Below, piece after piece: positions 8,493 through 17,959 of a DNA stretch of 64,000 bases. Within the stretch, counting starts at the first letter, position 1. Every line of letters starts with the position of its first letter. Both the position numbers and the translations under genes were made by a program. This DNA comes from Nanobdellota archaeon. Its GTDB lineage: Archaea; Nanobdellota; Nanobdellia; Pacearchaeales; GW2011-AR1. The notes beneath the pieces are model-generated. The model had not been told where the DNA came from. It was given only the letters and a program-made list of their open reading frames with translations, and did no database searches. The stretch lies in assembly GCA_030698805.1 (NCBI GenBank), contig JAUYMA010000008.1:22266-86265 (forward strand), read 5' to 3'.

Positions 8493-9191
8493 TTATTTCT
8501 TCTTGACTGCAGGCTTAGCTTCTTCTTTCTTTGCAGCGGCTGCTGGAGCTGCTGTTGCGGCTGCGGCTGCTGGAGCTGCTGTTGCGGCTGCTGCCTTGGC
8601 TGCTTCTTCAGCTGCTTTAGCTTCTGCGATGGCTTTCTGCTTCTTATCCTGGACGGACTTGAGATCTTCGTAATATTCCTTTAGTTTCTTCTCTTTCTCA
8701 GCAGTAGCTTCAGTTATTTCATTCTTAATTTCATTATCATATACTCCTGCGTCAATGTCTTTCTCAATATCCTTTGCTAGCTTGTTATCGATTAAAATTC
8801 CTAAAGAAACACATGTTCCCACAACTAACTTAACCGCAGATCTTAAATCCCTAGCAAGTAATCCTGGCATTTTAGTCTTTGCGATGCTCACTATCTTTTC
8901 AAAGGCAATATTCCCGGCTTTAACTGCCCCTGCATCTCCTGAACCTTTCTCCAAACCAAGTTCTTTCTTGATTAATTCGGAAGTAGGTGGTGATAAAACC
9001 TTTATCTTGTAGGCCTTTGTTTTAGGATCCACGTCTAACTCTACTGGAACTTTGATTCCTTTAAATCCGGCCGTCTCTTTATTAACATCTGCGGTTACTT
9101 TTCCAAGGTTTATTCCCATGGGCCCTAGTTGTTGAGCTACTGCTGGTCCTGCTTTCATATCTCCACCGTCTACGATTAATTTTACTATCAT
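8493..9191 (-). CDS. rpl11: ribosomal protein L11 (uL11) with Ala/Pro/Lys-rich C-terminal extension
   Basis: N-terminal ~160 aa is canonical uL11 (MIVKLIVDGGDMKAGPAVAQQLGPMGINLGKV); C-terminal ~70 aa is a low-complexity KEK...AAATAAPAAAAATAAPAAAAKKEEAKPAVKKK tail encoded by a 27-bp tandem repeat. Confidence 0.85.
   Translation of the reverse strand: MIVKLIVDGGDMKAGPAVAQQLGPMGINLGKVTADVNKETAGFKGIKVPVELDVDPKTKAYKIKVLSPPTSELIKKELGLEKGSGDAGAVKAGNIAFEKIVSIAKTKMPGLLARDLRSAVKLVVGTCVSLGILIDNKLAKDIEKDIDAGVYDNEIKNEITEATAEKEKKLKEYYEDLKSVQDKKQKAIAEAKAAEEAAKAAAATAAPAAAAATAAPAAAAKKEEAKPAVKKK
8539..8592. repeat. 27-bp tandem direct repeat (2 copies) inside L11 tail
   Basis: gctgctggagctgctgttgcggctgcg repeated head-to-tail; encodes AATAAPAAA twice on the minus strand. 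Confidence 0.7.
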
Positions 9192-9192
9192 T

Positions 9193-9702
9193 TTATTCGA
9201 ATATTATCTCCTCATCTTCAAAGGATTCTTCTATTTTCTCTTCTTCCTTCTTATCTTCTTCCTTTTCTTCACGCCTTATAACCTTTACGTTATCTAATTT
9301 AACAGTGACTGGAATAGGAACCGAGGCTCCGAGCAAAGATACTACTACTTCTCCTTTTTGCTTGTCAATTCTAGTTACTTTTGCTTTCTCGTTCTTGAAT
9401 GGCTCGCTTATCATCTCAATAATATCTCCGATTTCAATTTTAATATCTTCGACCTTAGGCTCAAGCATATTCTTTATTTCTTCGTAAGCTACTGTTTTGC
9501 CAATTATCCCTTTTGTATATGGGAGATTGAAGGTTGCTTCTTCAACAGAATCCTTATCAGTAGCTTCAACTATAACATATCCCCTTAGACCATGTGGCCT
9601 GATTATGGAATAAACATTAAGATTTTTCTTCTCAACTCTATCCGCTATTAATTCAATAGCTTTTTCTTCTTTGTTCGACGATACCTTTACTATAAATATC
9701 AT
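9193..9702 (-). CDS. spt5: transcription elongation factor Spt5 (NusG homolog), NGN plus KOW, acidic tail
   Basis: NGN domain (IFIVKV...GYVIVEA) and KOW motif (GDIIEMISEPFKNEKAKVTRID); canonical position upstream of L11. Confidence 0.8.
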   Translation of the reverse strand: MIFIVKVSSNKEEKAIELIADRVEKKNLNVYSIIRPHGLRGYVIVEATDKDSVEEATFNLPYTKGIIGKTVAYEEIKNMLEPKVEDIKIEIGDIIEMISEPFKNEKAKVTRIDKQKGEVVVSLLGASVPIPVTVKLDNVKVIRREEKEEDKKEEEKIEESFEDEEIIFE

Positions 9703-9814
9703 TTTTATGCTTCGCTACTTCCTTAATATCTAAGAAGTAGATAAAATCAATGAGAAAAAAGGGTTTATAAAAGTTTCTAGGAAGATTTATTTAGAGAAAT
9801 ATAGACAAAACACT

Positions 9815-10282
9815 ATGCATAAAACTGGAATTCACGGCTATCATTCTCCTATTGATAGGAAGAATATGTCTGATCCTAGAGATTACTTTGATACTCGCCC
9901 CGACATTCTCAGGACATTTACAGAAACAGCATTAGTCGTTAACTCCATAGAATTGCACCGGGGAGAGAGGCCAAACAGAAGAGATCATATTTATCTTGTT
10001 TTTAGCGATTATGGAGATGCTCACCCTACTGGCTTTGTAGAATGGCAGCTTAATCCTACTGACAATGGAATAGTGAATTATGATGAAAGAATTCCCTTAT
10101 CTTGCATTCCTAACAGAGACACGCGAGGATTTATTGAAGAAGTTTTAACAGACGAGAAGACAATTGGGATAGTGGCAATGGATAGGAGAACTGCTCTTTT
10201 GTTGCATGATATTCCAGGATTAAGTAGAGAATATAAAGTGAATTTTATAGGTATGAAAAAAGAACATTTAAGAGAAGATTAG
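9815..10282 (+). CDS. hypothetical protein, compositionally atypical
   Basis: 155-aa ORF rich in Arg/Asp/His/Pro, no recognised motif. Confidence 0.4.
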   Translation: MHKTGIHGYHSPIDRKNMSDPRDYFDTRPDILRTFTETALVVNSIELHRGERPNRRDHIYLVFSDYGDAHPTGFVEWQLNPTDNGIVNYDERIPLSCIPNRDTRGFIEEVLTDEKTIGIVAMDRRTALLLHDIPGLSREYKVNFIGMKKEHLRED

Positions 10283-10318
10283 GCAGAGTTTTTTAAACAT
10301 TATTTGACTAGGTAAATA

Positions 10319-11386
10319 ATGCAAAAAGAAATTATTGTTATCTCAGATATTCATTTTGCTAAGATATGGGATAAAATAGGGAATAGTTTACCTAAGAATT
10401 ATCCCTATCTCAACCCTAATGCCTTATTAAGAGAAATTGTGAATAAAATAAAGAAGGGTCAAACCTTGGTAATAAATGGGGACTTGGTAGATTACTTTTT
10501 TGCAGATTATACATCTAACAAACAAATAAACTGGAATTACTTTTTTGCCACGCTCTCCCCTTGCAAAGGCAAGGTTTTTCTTAATACGGGCAATCATGAT
10601 TATCGCGAAATTCCCTATAATTTTTCTATTTACGGCTTAAAACACGTAAATATTACTGATGAGGCAAGAAAGAAATATCTTGTAAAATTAGGATTTGATC
10701 AATTTAGATACCTGAAAGAGTTACCGTCAATTTTTGTCAACAAGAAGAACAAAAAGCGTTTAAAAGATCAAGGGTTAGAAGAAGCCTATAGCATTCAATT
10801 CCCCGGAAAAGATTTGCTATTTCTTAGCACTGGACCAGATTACTTTCATCGTTTAAGCAGAATTTTTACTAAAACCTTTCTTTCTACTTTCAGATATCTT
10901 GGCAGGCCTTGCTCAGAAGGTTTAACCAAAAAGCAAATAATTTATTTAGAGAGATTTTTAGCTAAGTCTAAATCTAAGGAGATAATTATTTTTATTCATA
11001 CTCCTCCATTTTTTAGCGTTGAAAAGGAAAGAATCTATTCTCTACCAAGATCTAAAAAAGAAGATTTAAAGGGTGATAAAGAGGGAAATTTCTTTATTGA
11101 GAATCGGAATGAGTTTATAAATGTCTTGGCAAAGAGCAATAATAATATTATAGTTATAACTTCTCATACCCATATTCCTTGTCAGAATATCTTAGATAAG
11201 AAAAATAAAATCATTAGATCCTCTTCTATAAAAGAAATAAATAAGTTAAGAAAAAGCTCTGAATTCGTGAAATTTGTCGGAACATTACCCATTGGTGCCA
11301 TTGAACCAAAGAATAAGAAAATGGGCTATCTAGTGATAAATGATAAAATTAAGTATAAAATAATGAAAGAATTTGGAAGAAATTAA
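10319..11386 (+). CDS. calcineurin-like metallophosphoesterase
   Basis: Motifs VISDIHF, GDLVDYF, GNHDY, ITSHTHIP (metallophosphatase motifs I, II, III and GH-x-H). Confidence 0.7.
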   Translation: MQKEIIVISDIHFAKIWDKIGNSLPKNYPYLNPNALLREIVNKIKKGQTLVINGDLVDYFFADYTSNKQINWNYFFATLSPCKGKVFLNTGNHDYREIPYNFSIYGLKHVNITDEARKKYLVKLGFDQFRYLKELPSIFVNKKNKKRLKDQGLEEAYSIQFPGKDLLFLSTGPDYFHRLSRIFTKTFLSTFRYLGRPCSEGLTKKQIIYLERFLAKSKSKEIIIFIHTPPFFSVEKERIYSLPRSKKEDLKGDKEGNFFIENRNEFINVLAKSNNNIIVITSHTHIPCQNILDKKNKIIRSSSIKEINKLRKSSEFVKFVGTLPIGAIEPKNKKMGYLVINDKIKYKIMKEFGRN

Positions 11387-11391
11387 TTTTG

Positions 11392-11838
11392 CTATTTTTC
11401 CAATTTCCCTAAATATTCCTTAACTCTCTCGATAGTTTGAGGGATAAGGAATCTTTCTATCTTGTTGACAAAAAGTTCCGCGAGGTTCTCGAATTCTGAA
11501 ATCCGGTATTTATTTTCCTGCTTGTCTACAAGTAAGATATCTCTCAGACGCTTTAATTGCCTCCTGATATTGCTTTCTGCCAAGCCTTTGACTTCTAGAG
11601 AGTTTTGCTTTCTCACTACTTCCACTTTGTCCCTTATTTCGAAAGAAGAAAGCCAGGCTTTCTGTTTTCTTGCTTCTTCTAGAACAAGAAGGATATCTAC
11701 TATTATATCTCTTGAATCTCCTGGCTGTAACAATCCTAGGCTCAGGCATACTTTTTTTACTAATTCCCTGGGAGAAGAATCATAAGGTCTTTCGTATCTG
11801 CGAAGGGTTATTTCTGTTAAAGGAATATCTTTCACCAT
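11392..11838 (-). CDS. hypothetical protein, possible winged-helix transcriptional regulator
   Basis: Helix-rich; predicted recognition helix and wing in the middle (ESNIRRQLKRLRDILLVDKQENKYRIS); weak. Confidence 0.35.
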   Translation of the reverse strand: MVKDIPLTEITLRRYERPYDSSPRELVKKVCLSLGLLQPGDSRDIIVDILLVLEEARKQKAWLSSFEIRDKVEVVRKQNSLEVKGLAESNIRRQLKRLRDILLVDKQENKYRISEFENLAELFVNKIERFLIPQTIERVKEYLGKLEK

Positions 11839-11941
11839 CTTAAGATACCTACTGTCTCTTTAAGTTCAACTTCCCTCTTATTTACAACCATATTATTTTG
11901 AGAACAGCAATCATTATAAATCTAATTCTTTCTCAATTATT

Positions 11942-12292
11942 ATGGAATTAGTAGCATTTCTCGGAACTGACAAAGATAATTGGGGGCAGATATCTGCACT
12001 TATTAATCGGGGCAAATGGGACAAGGTAATCATTGTGAAAAATAAAGATTCTGAAGATTTTCCTTATGGCGATGAAACTATTAAAATTGATTCTGAAACT
12101 CCTCTGATTGAATTAAAAGGAATAATGATGGAAAAATTAAAGGCAAAGATCGGTGGAGATTTTGAAGTAGCTTTGTCTATTGCTTCTGGAAATGGAAAAG
12201 AGCACATGGCTTTAATCTCTGCTCTTTTGAGCATTCCCGTAGGAATAAGATTTGTAGCTTTTACTCGAAAAGGTGTCGAATTCTTTAATTAG
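11942..12292 (+). CDS. hypothetical protein (116 aa), Rossmann-like N-terminus
   Basis: MELVAFLGTDKDNWGQ start resembles small ligand-binding Rossmann-like (CARF/SLOG-like) domains; speculative. Confidence 0.3.
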   Translation: MELVAFLGTDKDNWGQISALINRGKWDKVIIVKNKDSEDFPYGDETIKIDSETPLIELKGIMMEKLKAKIGGDFEVALSIASGNGKEHMALISALLSIPVGIRFVAFTRKGVEFFN

Positions 12293-12950
12293 TCTTATTG
12301 CTTGAGATATAATGTGCTGCTTCTAAGAAATTATTATAGATATGTAATATCTGGGGATGAATTTGTGATAAGGCCTTTACTTTCTCTTCGTCTCCGACCT
12401 GCCGAGTCTTCCAACTAGTCACTAGGTGACCTTGTCCATTTACTCGCAAGGCCATTTCTACATCTGAAAGCCTATCTCCTATTATGTGAACATTGTAATC
12501 TTCTAAAGCGTGCCCAAAATACCTTGCAGCCTTCTGGATTAATCCCACGTTGGGCTTTGCATCTGGATGATTCGTATGCACATATTGAGAATTTACGCTT
12601 CTTCCTTTTTGAAGGGCCTTCTCTACATAATCTTCACTAACATAGGGGCAGATAAATTGGGCTTGGATAATAGCCCCTTGTTCCGCAAGTTTGGCCATGA
12701 TATAATCATTGACCTCTACCGCCCTTTCCAAAGTCAATTCATCAAATTGCGAACCCTTCAAGGCAACTCCCGCTTGATTTGTTATAATTGCTAGATATGT
12801 ATTTGAGAGAAGATTGAGAATCTTTATTCCTTCAGCAACACCTGGCAGAATTTTAATCTGTGATTTCCATTTGGGGTCGCTTCCTAAATAGTAATCCTCA
12901 TCTTCTACAAGAGTGCCATCGCGGTCTATTATTATCAAATTAGGTTTCAT
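12285..12950 (-). CDS. gmhB: HAD-family phosphatase, D,D-heptose 1,7-bisphosphate phosphatase (GmhB)-like
   Basis: HAD motif I IIDRDGTL; ITNQ; GDR...D; a His/Cys-containing segment ICPYVSEDYVEK in the position of the GmhB zinc site. Confidence 0.65.
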   Translation of the reverse strand: MKPNLIIIDRDGTLVEDEDYYLGSDPKWKSQIKILPGVAEGIKILNLLSNTYLAIITNQAGVALKGSQFDELTLERAVEVNDYIMAKLAEQGAIIQAQFICPYVSEDYVEKALQKGRSVNSQYVHTNHPDAKPNVGLIQKAARYFGHALEDYNVHIIGDRLSDVEMALRVNGQGHLVTSWKTRQVGDEEKVKALSQIHPQILHIYNNFLEAAHYISSNKTN

Positions 12951-12980
12951 GCAGATATCGCATCAATTGAGGTTAAAAGT

Positions 12981-14387
12981 TTATTGGAAGAAGAAAGTAA
13001 AGAACCAGCGCACCATCATTAAAGCAACTATTGCAATTATCGCCCAAGTAGAAATTGCAAATGCTCTTTCTCCAGTCCTCTTGCTCTTAGTTATCCCCCA
13101 GATTGTAATGAAGAAGAATCTTCCCCCATCAAATATTCCCACTGGCAGCATATTTGTAAATGCTACTAGAAGGTTGAGGAGAATTATCCACCATAATAAG
13201 TTGTAGATGAAAACTCCAAAATCTCCTATTTTTGAACTGTATTCAATGTATGGATCTTTCATCCCATAGATTACTTTATAGAGTCCTCCTAGGATGCCGC
13301 CGCGCTGACGGGCAAAGCTGCTTATGCCGAGGTAAGGGCGCCCATCTTTTTCTGCAAGTTCAATTTCATATTCTTTAACTTCCTTGCCCTGTAAAGTCTT
13401 TACTTTCACTCTGTCCCCCTCTTTATAATCTTGTAATATATTTCTTAGGCTCTCATAAGAAGTTACTTTCTTCCCGTCTATTTCTGTTATTGCTCCAGTC
13501 AATTGGGCTTTGAATGCTGGAGAATCTTCGAATACCATAAGGTAGGGAGAATTCTGTGCGAGCGAGTTCTTTAAAGCATCTTGGTGAGTGTGATAAGTCT
13601 TGCCGTAAGCCATTAAAGCTAACGTAGAAGCATTGGAGGGGATTGTTGAGAGATTTAAGCTAGTTATGGGGATTCCCTGGAAAGATAAATTTGCTGCAGG
13701 AATAACTTCAAATGTATATGTGTCAAAATTTATTCCGACAGGGGCAAAAGTTGCTGCAAAGAACCACCACATGACCAATGCGAATAATACCATCATTACA
13801 ATATTTGCAAATGTTCCTGCAGCTAAGATCGAAAGCTGTGAGAACTTTTTGGCTTTATTCATTTGCTTGTCATCCTGCTCTACAAATGCACCAATGAATG
13901 GGCCTAAGAAAGCAAATCCAGTTGAATGAATTTTAACCTTGTTCAATCTCGCAAAAATCCCGTGGGCAAATTCATGAGAGACAGCTATAATCGCAATTAC
14001 CACGACAAAATATGTGAAGTAAAAAGGAGGGAAGAAAGACTCTAAATTGAAAAATTCCGTGAAATAGGGGAAAATAGGGAATATTGGAGGGGCTTCAATA
14101 ACTTTGGCTATAAATGGAGATTTGATATAAATATAAGCTATGTCGATAACTACCCAGACTGCACCTATCATCAAAACATAACCGCATGCTACAACAAGAT
14201 ATTCTAAAGGCCTGAGAACTTTAGCGAATTTATTTGAGGTCCATTCAATAAATTTAATTCCTAAACGAGTTCTGTAAAGAAACAACATTCCTTGTCGATG
14301 AAGATTGTGTTTTCTTGTAACGATGAAGATGACAAAGAGTAAGATAAACAAAGTCATAAATGCTATATCGTATACTACAAAGCTCAT
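12981..14387 (-). CDS. site-2 protease (M50, RseP-like) with PDZ domain
   Basis: HEFAHG zinc motif in a TM helix; second-half motif NLLPVGIFDGGRFF; central PDZ-like segment (GDRVKVKTLQGKEVKEYEIEL). Confidence 0.75.
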   Translation of the reverse strand: MSFVVYDIAFMTLFILLFVIFIVTRKHNLHRQGMLFLYRTRLGIKFIEWTSNKFAKVLRPLEYLVVACGYVLMIGAVWVVIDIAYIYIKSPFIAKVIEAPPIFPIFPYFTEFFNLESFFPPFYFTYFVVVIAIIAVSHEFAHGIFARLNKVKIHSTGFAFLGPFIGAFVEQDDKQMNKAKKFSQLSILAAGTFANIVMMVLFALVMWWFFAATFAPVGINFDTYTFEVIPAANLSFQGIPITSLNLSTIPSNASTLALMAYGKTYHTHQDALKNSLAQNSPYLMVFEDSPAFKAQLTGAITEIDGKKVTSYESLRNILQDYKEGDRVKVKTLQGKEVKEYEIELAEKDGRPYLGISSFARQRGGILGGLYKVIYGMKDPYIEYSSKIGDFGVFIYNLLWWIILLNLLVAFTNMLPVGIFDGGRFFFITIWGITKSKRTGERAFAISTWAIIAIVALMMVRWFFTFFFQ

Positions 14388-14401
14388 CTATATTTTTACA
14401 C

Positions 14402-14566
14402 CTATTTTCTCTTTATTGGCCTAAAATGCCGATTCTTACATTTTGGGCATCTAACTTTACCCGCTATAATTCTTGTAGCTTGAGAACGTATTCTTTGATT
14501 GCATTCTTTGCAAATAAAAACGTTTGCGAACATTCTCTTCTGGGCGATGGGTAATTTAGCGGCCAT
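14402..14566 (-). CDS. rpl40e: ribosomal protein L40e (eL40), 54 aa
   Basis: Hand-translated MAAKLPIAQKRMFANVFICKECNQRIRSQATRIIAGKVRCPKCKNRHFRPIKRK; C-x2-C...C-x2-C; ATG overlaps the aIF5A stop (TAATG); the listed + ORF 14360..14554 is antisense noise. Confidence 0.7.
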   Translation of the reverse strand: MAAKLPIAQKRMFANVFICKECNQRIRSQATRIIAGKVRCPKCKNRHFRPIKRK

Positions 14567-14955
14567 TAAAATACCCTCATAATCATTTTCTTTCCTTCAA
14601 CATCCCAATATTCTACTTGCTTTTCTACTGCCACCTGGCCTTTAATGTCCTCCACTACTGGGATATCTATTGTTTCAAAGCTCTCTAAATCCATAACTGA
14701 AGAAGTATTTTCGGAAACACTTAGAACCTGTGCTTTTCTCTTATCAATCATTGGAACTTCAAATTTTGTATCACCTGGCACTGCAATAACTTTTTTCTTT
14801 CCGCTAAATATTTCTATTGCTTCAATTCTACATTTACTTGCTCCATGTTTGCCAGTCTTGCTAATATCGTTGCTTTTTACTGTTGCAGCTTGGTCATCTA
14901 TCAAAATTACCGTGCCTGGCTTGGAGCTATGAGCTGTTGTTAATCTTAAAACCAT
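14566..14955 (-). CDS. eif5a: translation initiation factor 5A (aIF5A)
   Basis: Hypusine loop SKTGKHGASK; SH3-like N-domain and OB C-domain lengths appropriate. Confidence 0.85.
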   Translation of the reverse strand: MVLRLTTAHSSKPGTVILIDDQAATVKSNDISKTGKHGASKCRIEAIEIFSGKKKVIAVPGDTKFEVPMIDKRKAQVLSVSENTSSVMDLESFETIDIPVVEDIKGQVAVEKQVEYWDVEGKKMIMRVF

Positions 14956-15107
14956 ACTAATCTTCCGGAAAAACGATTTATAAAGCTTACTGAAAGTAGA
15001 TAATTTTCAGTAAGCCTGAAAAGTCCTTGATTTTCTAAGCCTGGGGAAAAATTATGCCCTGCTATCCTTTGCAAAATGTTTATAAAACCACTTCATTGTT
15101 GGATGTT

Positions 15108-15800
15108 ATGGAAAGTATCAATAAAAATGATTTCGTTGAAATAAAATTCAGCGGTTATTCAGATGGAAAGGTTTTTGATTCTAATGTCGGAGAAGACCTA
15201 AAAAAATTAAATCCTGAAGCAAAGCCTTCTCAAACTATTGTTATTGTTGGGCAAGGCATGATTGTTCCGGGATTGGACAAATCCCTAGAAGGGAAAGAAG
15301 TTGGTAAAGATTACGAAGTAAAACTAACTGCTAAAGAGGGTTTCGGGGAGAGGGATAGAAATCTAGTCAAAATTATTCCGCTAAAAGCTTTTACTGAGAA
15401 AAATGTTTATCCTCAAATAGGAATGGTTTTTGCAATGGATAATTACCTAGTTAAGATATTAGCCGTATCCGGTGCGAGAGTTACTGCTGACTTTAACAAT
15501 CCATTGGCAGGGAAAGATCTTGTTTATAAAATTAAGATAGTAAGAAAAGTGGAAGATATCAAAGAAAAGACTGAATTCCTATTTAACTCCTTTCTAAGGA
15601 TGGTTCCAGAGTTTGAAATTAAAGAAGACATTATCGTAAAGGGCCCTAGGCAATTAGAAGTTTTTGTCCATGGATTTAAAGATAAGTTTAAAGAATTATT
15701 AGGAAAAGATTTGAAGTTTGAAGTAAAGGAAGAAGAAAAAAAGCCTGAAAAAATAGATTCTAAAGTGGAAGCTAAAGAAAGCGAAACAAAGTCAGAATAA
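15108..15800 (+). CDS. FKBP-type peptidyl-prolyl cis-trans isomerase (SlyD-like, with IF insertion) plus Lys/Glu-rich tail
   Basis: VEIKFSGYSDGKVFDSN ... VPGLDKSLEGKEVG ... FNNPLAGKDLVYKIKI aligns closely with archaeal short FKBPs; start taken at MESINK. Confidence 0.8.
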   Translation: MESINKNDFVEIKFSGYSDGKVFDSNVGEDLKKLNPEAKPSQTIVIVGQGMIVPGLDKSLEGKEVGKDYEVKLTAKEGFGERDRNLVKIIPLKAFTEKNVYPQIGMVFAMDNYLVKILAVSGARVTADFNNPLAGKDLVYKIKIVRKVEDIKEKTEFLFNSFLRMVPEFEIKEDIIVKGPRQLEVFVHGFKDKFKELLGKDLKFEVKEEEKKPEKIDSKVEAKESETKSE

Positions 15801-15835
15801 CCTCGGGTTCTTAGTATTAAAATCTTAAAACAACA

Positions 15836-16957
15836 ATGCTTATAAATGGCAGCAACTTATTCAAAAATATGGCTAACATATTAGTTGAAAAAGAGGGCAG
15901 TCCTAACAATGATGTTGATAGGGAATTAGAGGACATATTAAAAAAATATGGCGCAAGAGTGAAGGTTGTTGGATGCGGCGGAGGGGGTGGAAATTCTGTT
16001 TCTCGGATGAAAGAAATCGGCATCAAAGGATGCGAGATCGTAGCAGTAAATACTGATGCTCAAGATCTTCTATACACAAATGCGGATCACAAAATTCTTA
16101 TTGGAAGAGAATTAACTCATGGATTGGGAGCAGGAAGCAATCCTAAAATTGGAGAGCAAGCCGCAAAAGAATCTGAGCAGGAAATAAAAAAGAAATTAGG
16201 CGAGGTGGACATGGTCTTCATAACCTGCGGCCTTGGAGGAGGTACTGGCACTGGCGCAGCCCCTGTTGTCGCAGAAATTGCCAGAAAACAAGGCGCTCTG
16301 ACTATAGGTGTGGTGACTCTTCCTTTTACAGTGGAAGGCCAGAAAAGAATAGAAAATGCCCAATATGGGTTGGATAAAATGGTTGCAGTCACTGATACTT
16401 TAATTGTTATTCCAAATGATAAATTATTGGAAATTGCACCTGAGCTGCCAATTCATACTGCATTTAAAGTTGCAGATGAAATATTGACTAACTCCGTCAA
16501 AGGAATAACTGAATTAGTTACAAAGGCAGGTCTTGTAAATCTAGACTTTGCAGATATAAAAGCAGTTATGGCTAATGGAGGAGTATCACTTATTGGAATA
16601 GGCGAGGCAGACTCGAAAGATCGCGCCAAGGATGCGGTAGAAAGAGCAATAAATAATCCTCTGCTAGATGTAGATGTAAGCAACGCCACGGGAGTCCTGG
16701 TCAATATAATCGGCGGAACGGATATGTCTCTCGATGAATACCGGCAGGTAATGGAGGTTATAGGCTCTAAAGTTGCACCCAACGCAAAGATAATCTCCGG
16801 GGCCCAGATATCTCCTGATATGGATAAATCTATCAAAGTGTTGTTAATTGTCACAGGAGTCAAGAGTTCTCAAATAATTGGGATTTCAACAGACCTTTCT
16901 AAAGATCAAAGAGCGGAGTTAGAAGAAGAGCTTGGAATTGATTTTTTAGATAATTAG
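15836..16957 (+). CDS. ftsZ: cell division GTPase FtsZ
   Basis: Tubulin signature GGGTGTG ([18 protein letters not shown]), glycine loop [11 protein letters not shown]7 loop NLDFAD. Confidence 0.9.
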   Translation: MLINGSNLFKNMANILVEKEGSPNNDVDRELEDILKKYGARVKVVGCGGGGGNSVSRMKEIGIKGCEIVAVNTDAQDLLYTNADHKILIGRELTHGLGAGSNPKIGEQAAKESEQEIKKKLGEVDMVFITCGLGGGTGTGAAPVVAEIARKQGALTIGVVTLPFTVEGQKRIENAQYGLDKMVAVTDTLIVIPNDKLLEIAPELPIHTAFKVADEILTNSVKGITELVTKAGLVNLDFADIKAVMANGGVSLIGIGEADSKDRAKDAVERAINNPLLDVDVSNATGVLVNIIGGTDMSLDEYRQVMEVIGSKVAPNAKIISGAQISPDMDKSIKVLLIVTGVKSSQIIGISTDLSKDQRAELEEELGIDFLDN

Positions 16958-16987
16958 TTTTAAAAACTATCATTTCTTCAAAAATAG

Positions 16988-17185
16988 ATGACAGAAACAG
17001 GTCCAGGTATAAAAACGAGAATAACCTCTTTTTTGATTCAATGTAAAAGAGTGTGGATGATATTGAAGAAACCTACTGCGCAGGAATTTAAATCCATAGC
17101 CAAAGTTTCTGCCATCGGGTTATTAATTATTGGGCTAATGGGCTTTATTATCTCAGACTTAATAAAAATAATTACTGGGTCTTAA
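16988..17185 (+). CDS. secE: preprotein translocase subunit SecE (Sec61 gamma)
   Basis: 65 aa; basic amphipathic N-terminus (CKRVWMILKKPTAQEFKSIAK) then a single TM (VSAIGLLIIGLMGFIISDLI). Confidence 0.6.
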   Translation: MTETGPGIKTRITSFLIQCKRVWMILKKPTAQEFKSIAKVSAIGLLIIGLMGFIISDLIKIITGS

Positions 17186-17959
17186 TTAAGAAGACAAATT
17201 TTTATAATTATTAAATATTTTTTCCTTAACCTCCTCTAAAGGAAGTTTTTTTATTTCCGCAATTTTCTTATAACTCTCTATTACATTTGATGGCTGGTTA
17301 GGCCACTTTTTATCAGGATGCAAATAAGGAGAATCTGTCTCACAAAGCAACTTTTCTAGAGGAATTTCTGCTATGATTTTTTGGAAATGTTCGCTTGATT
17401 TTACGCTTGTGGGAATAGTTGCAGTCCACCCATTGTCTGCTATTCTTTTTACTAAAGAAAATTTTCCTGAAAAGCAGTGCATTATCACTTTTTTAGCTTG
17501 AAGCTCTTCAAGTATTTCTATAATCTCTCTTTCAGCTTTTCTTGAATGGATAATTAATGGTTTGTTAATCCTCATTGCGAGCCTGGCAGTCTTAATGAAG
17601 ATCTCTTTTTGGCGAGAGCGGTTATCAATATCTTCTTTAAAATCCATGCCTACTTCTCCTATTGCAACAATCAGATCCTTGTTTTTTTCAATGAATTTTA
17701 TCTCTTCGTCTATTTGCTGGTCTTTATATCTTAAAGCATCGATAGGGTAAAGCCCTAAGCAGGCTTTAATCTCGGAATGTGATTTGGCTAAGGAAAGGAC
17801 TTTCCTATTACTTTCTGGATTCACTCCATTTGCCAAGATTATATTGACTCCTGCAGATTGGGCGTTCTTTATTACATCCTCAACCTTAATTTCAGCCTGA
17901 TCATATAAATCGAGGTGGCAGTGGGCATCTATAAAACATGCACTAAAAGATTTGTTCAT
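17186..17959 (-). CDS. tatD: TatD-family metal-dependent hydrolase (DNase)
   Basis: FIDAHCHLD start motif; GEVGMD; HCF...G motifs. Confidence 0.8.
   Translation of the reverse strand: MNKSFSACFIDAHCHLDLYDQAEIKVEDVIKNAQSAGVNIILANGVNPESNRKVLSLAKSHSEIKACLGLYPIDALRYKDQQIDEEIKFIEKNKDLIVAIGEVGMDFKEDIDNRSRQKEIFIKTARLAMRINKPLIIHSRKAEREIIEILEELQAKKVIMHCFSGKFSLVKRIADNGWTATIPTSVKSSEHFQKIIAEIPLEKLLCETDSPYLHPDKKWPNQPSNVIESYKKIAEIKKLPLEEVKEKIFNNYKNLSS

Noticed and set aside
11462-11785. Plus-strand 107-aa ORF and alternate-frame 79-aa minus ORF overlapping 11392..11838
   Set aside because: The 148-aa minus ORF has the more protein-like, helix-rich translation; the others are Ser/Arg-rich low-complexity shadows.
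14360-14554. 64-aa + strand ORF in the track
   Set aside because: Lies antisense to a clean L40e zinc-ribbon gene (14402..14566, minus), which translates with conserved motifs; the + ORF has no features.
16117-16863. Minus-strand ORFs (91, 136 aa) inside ftsZ
   Set aside because: Antisense to an unmistakable FtsZ; Pro/Ala/Thr-rich translations are the usual mirror of a Gly/Ala/Val-rich gene.
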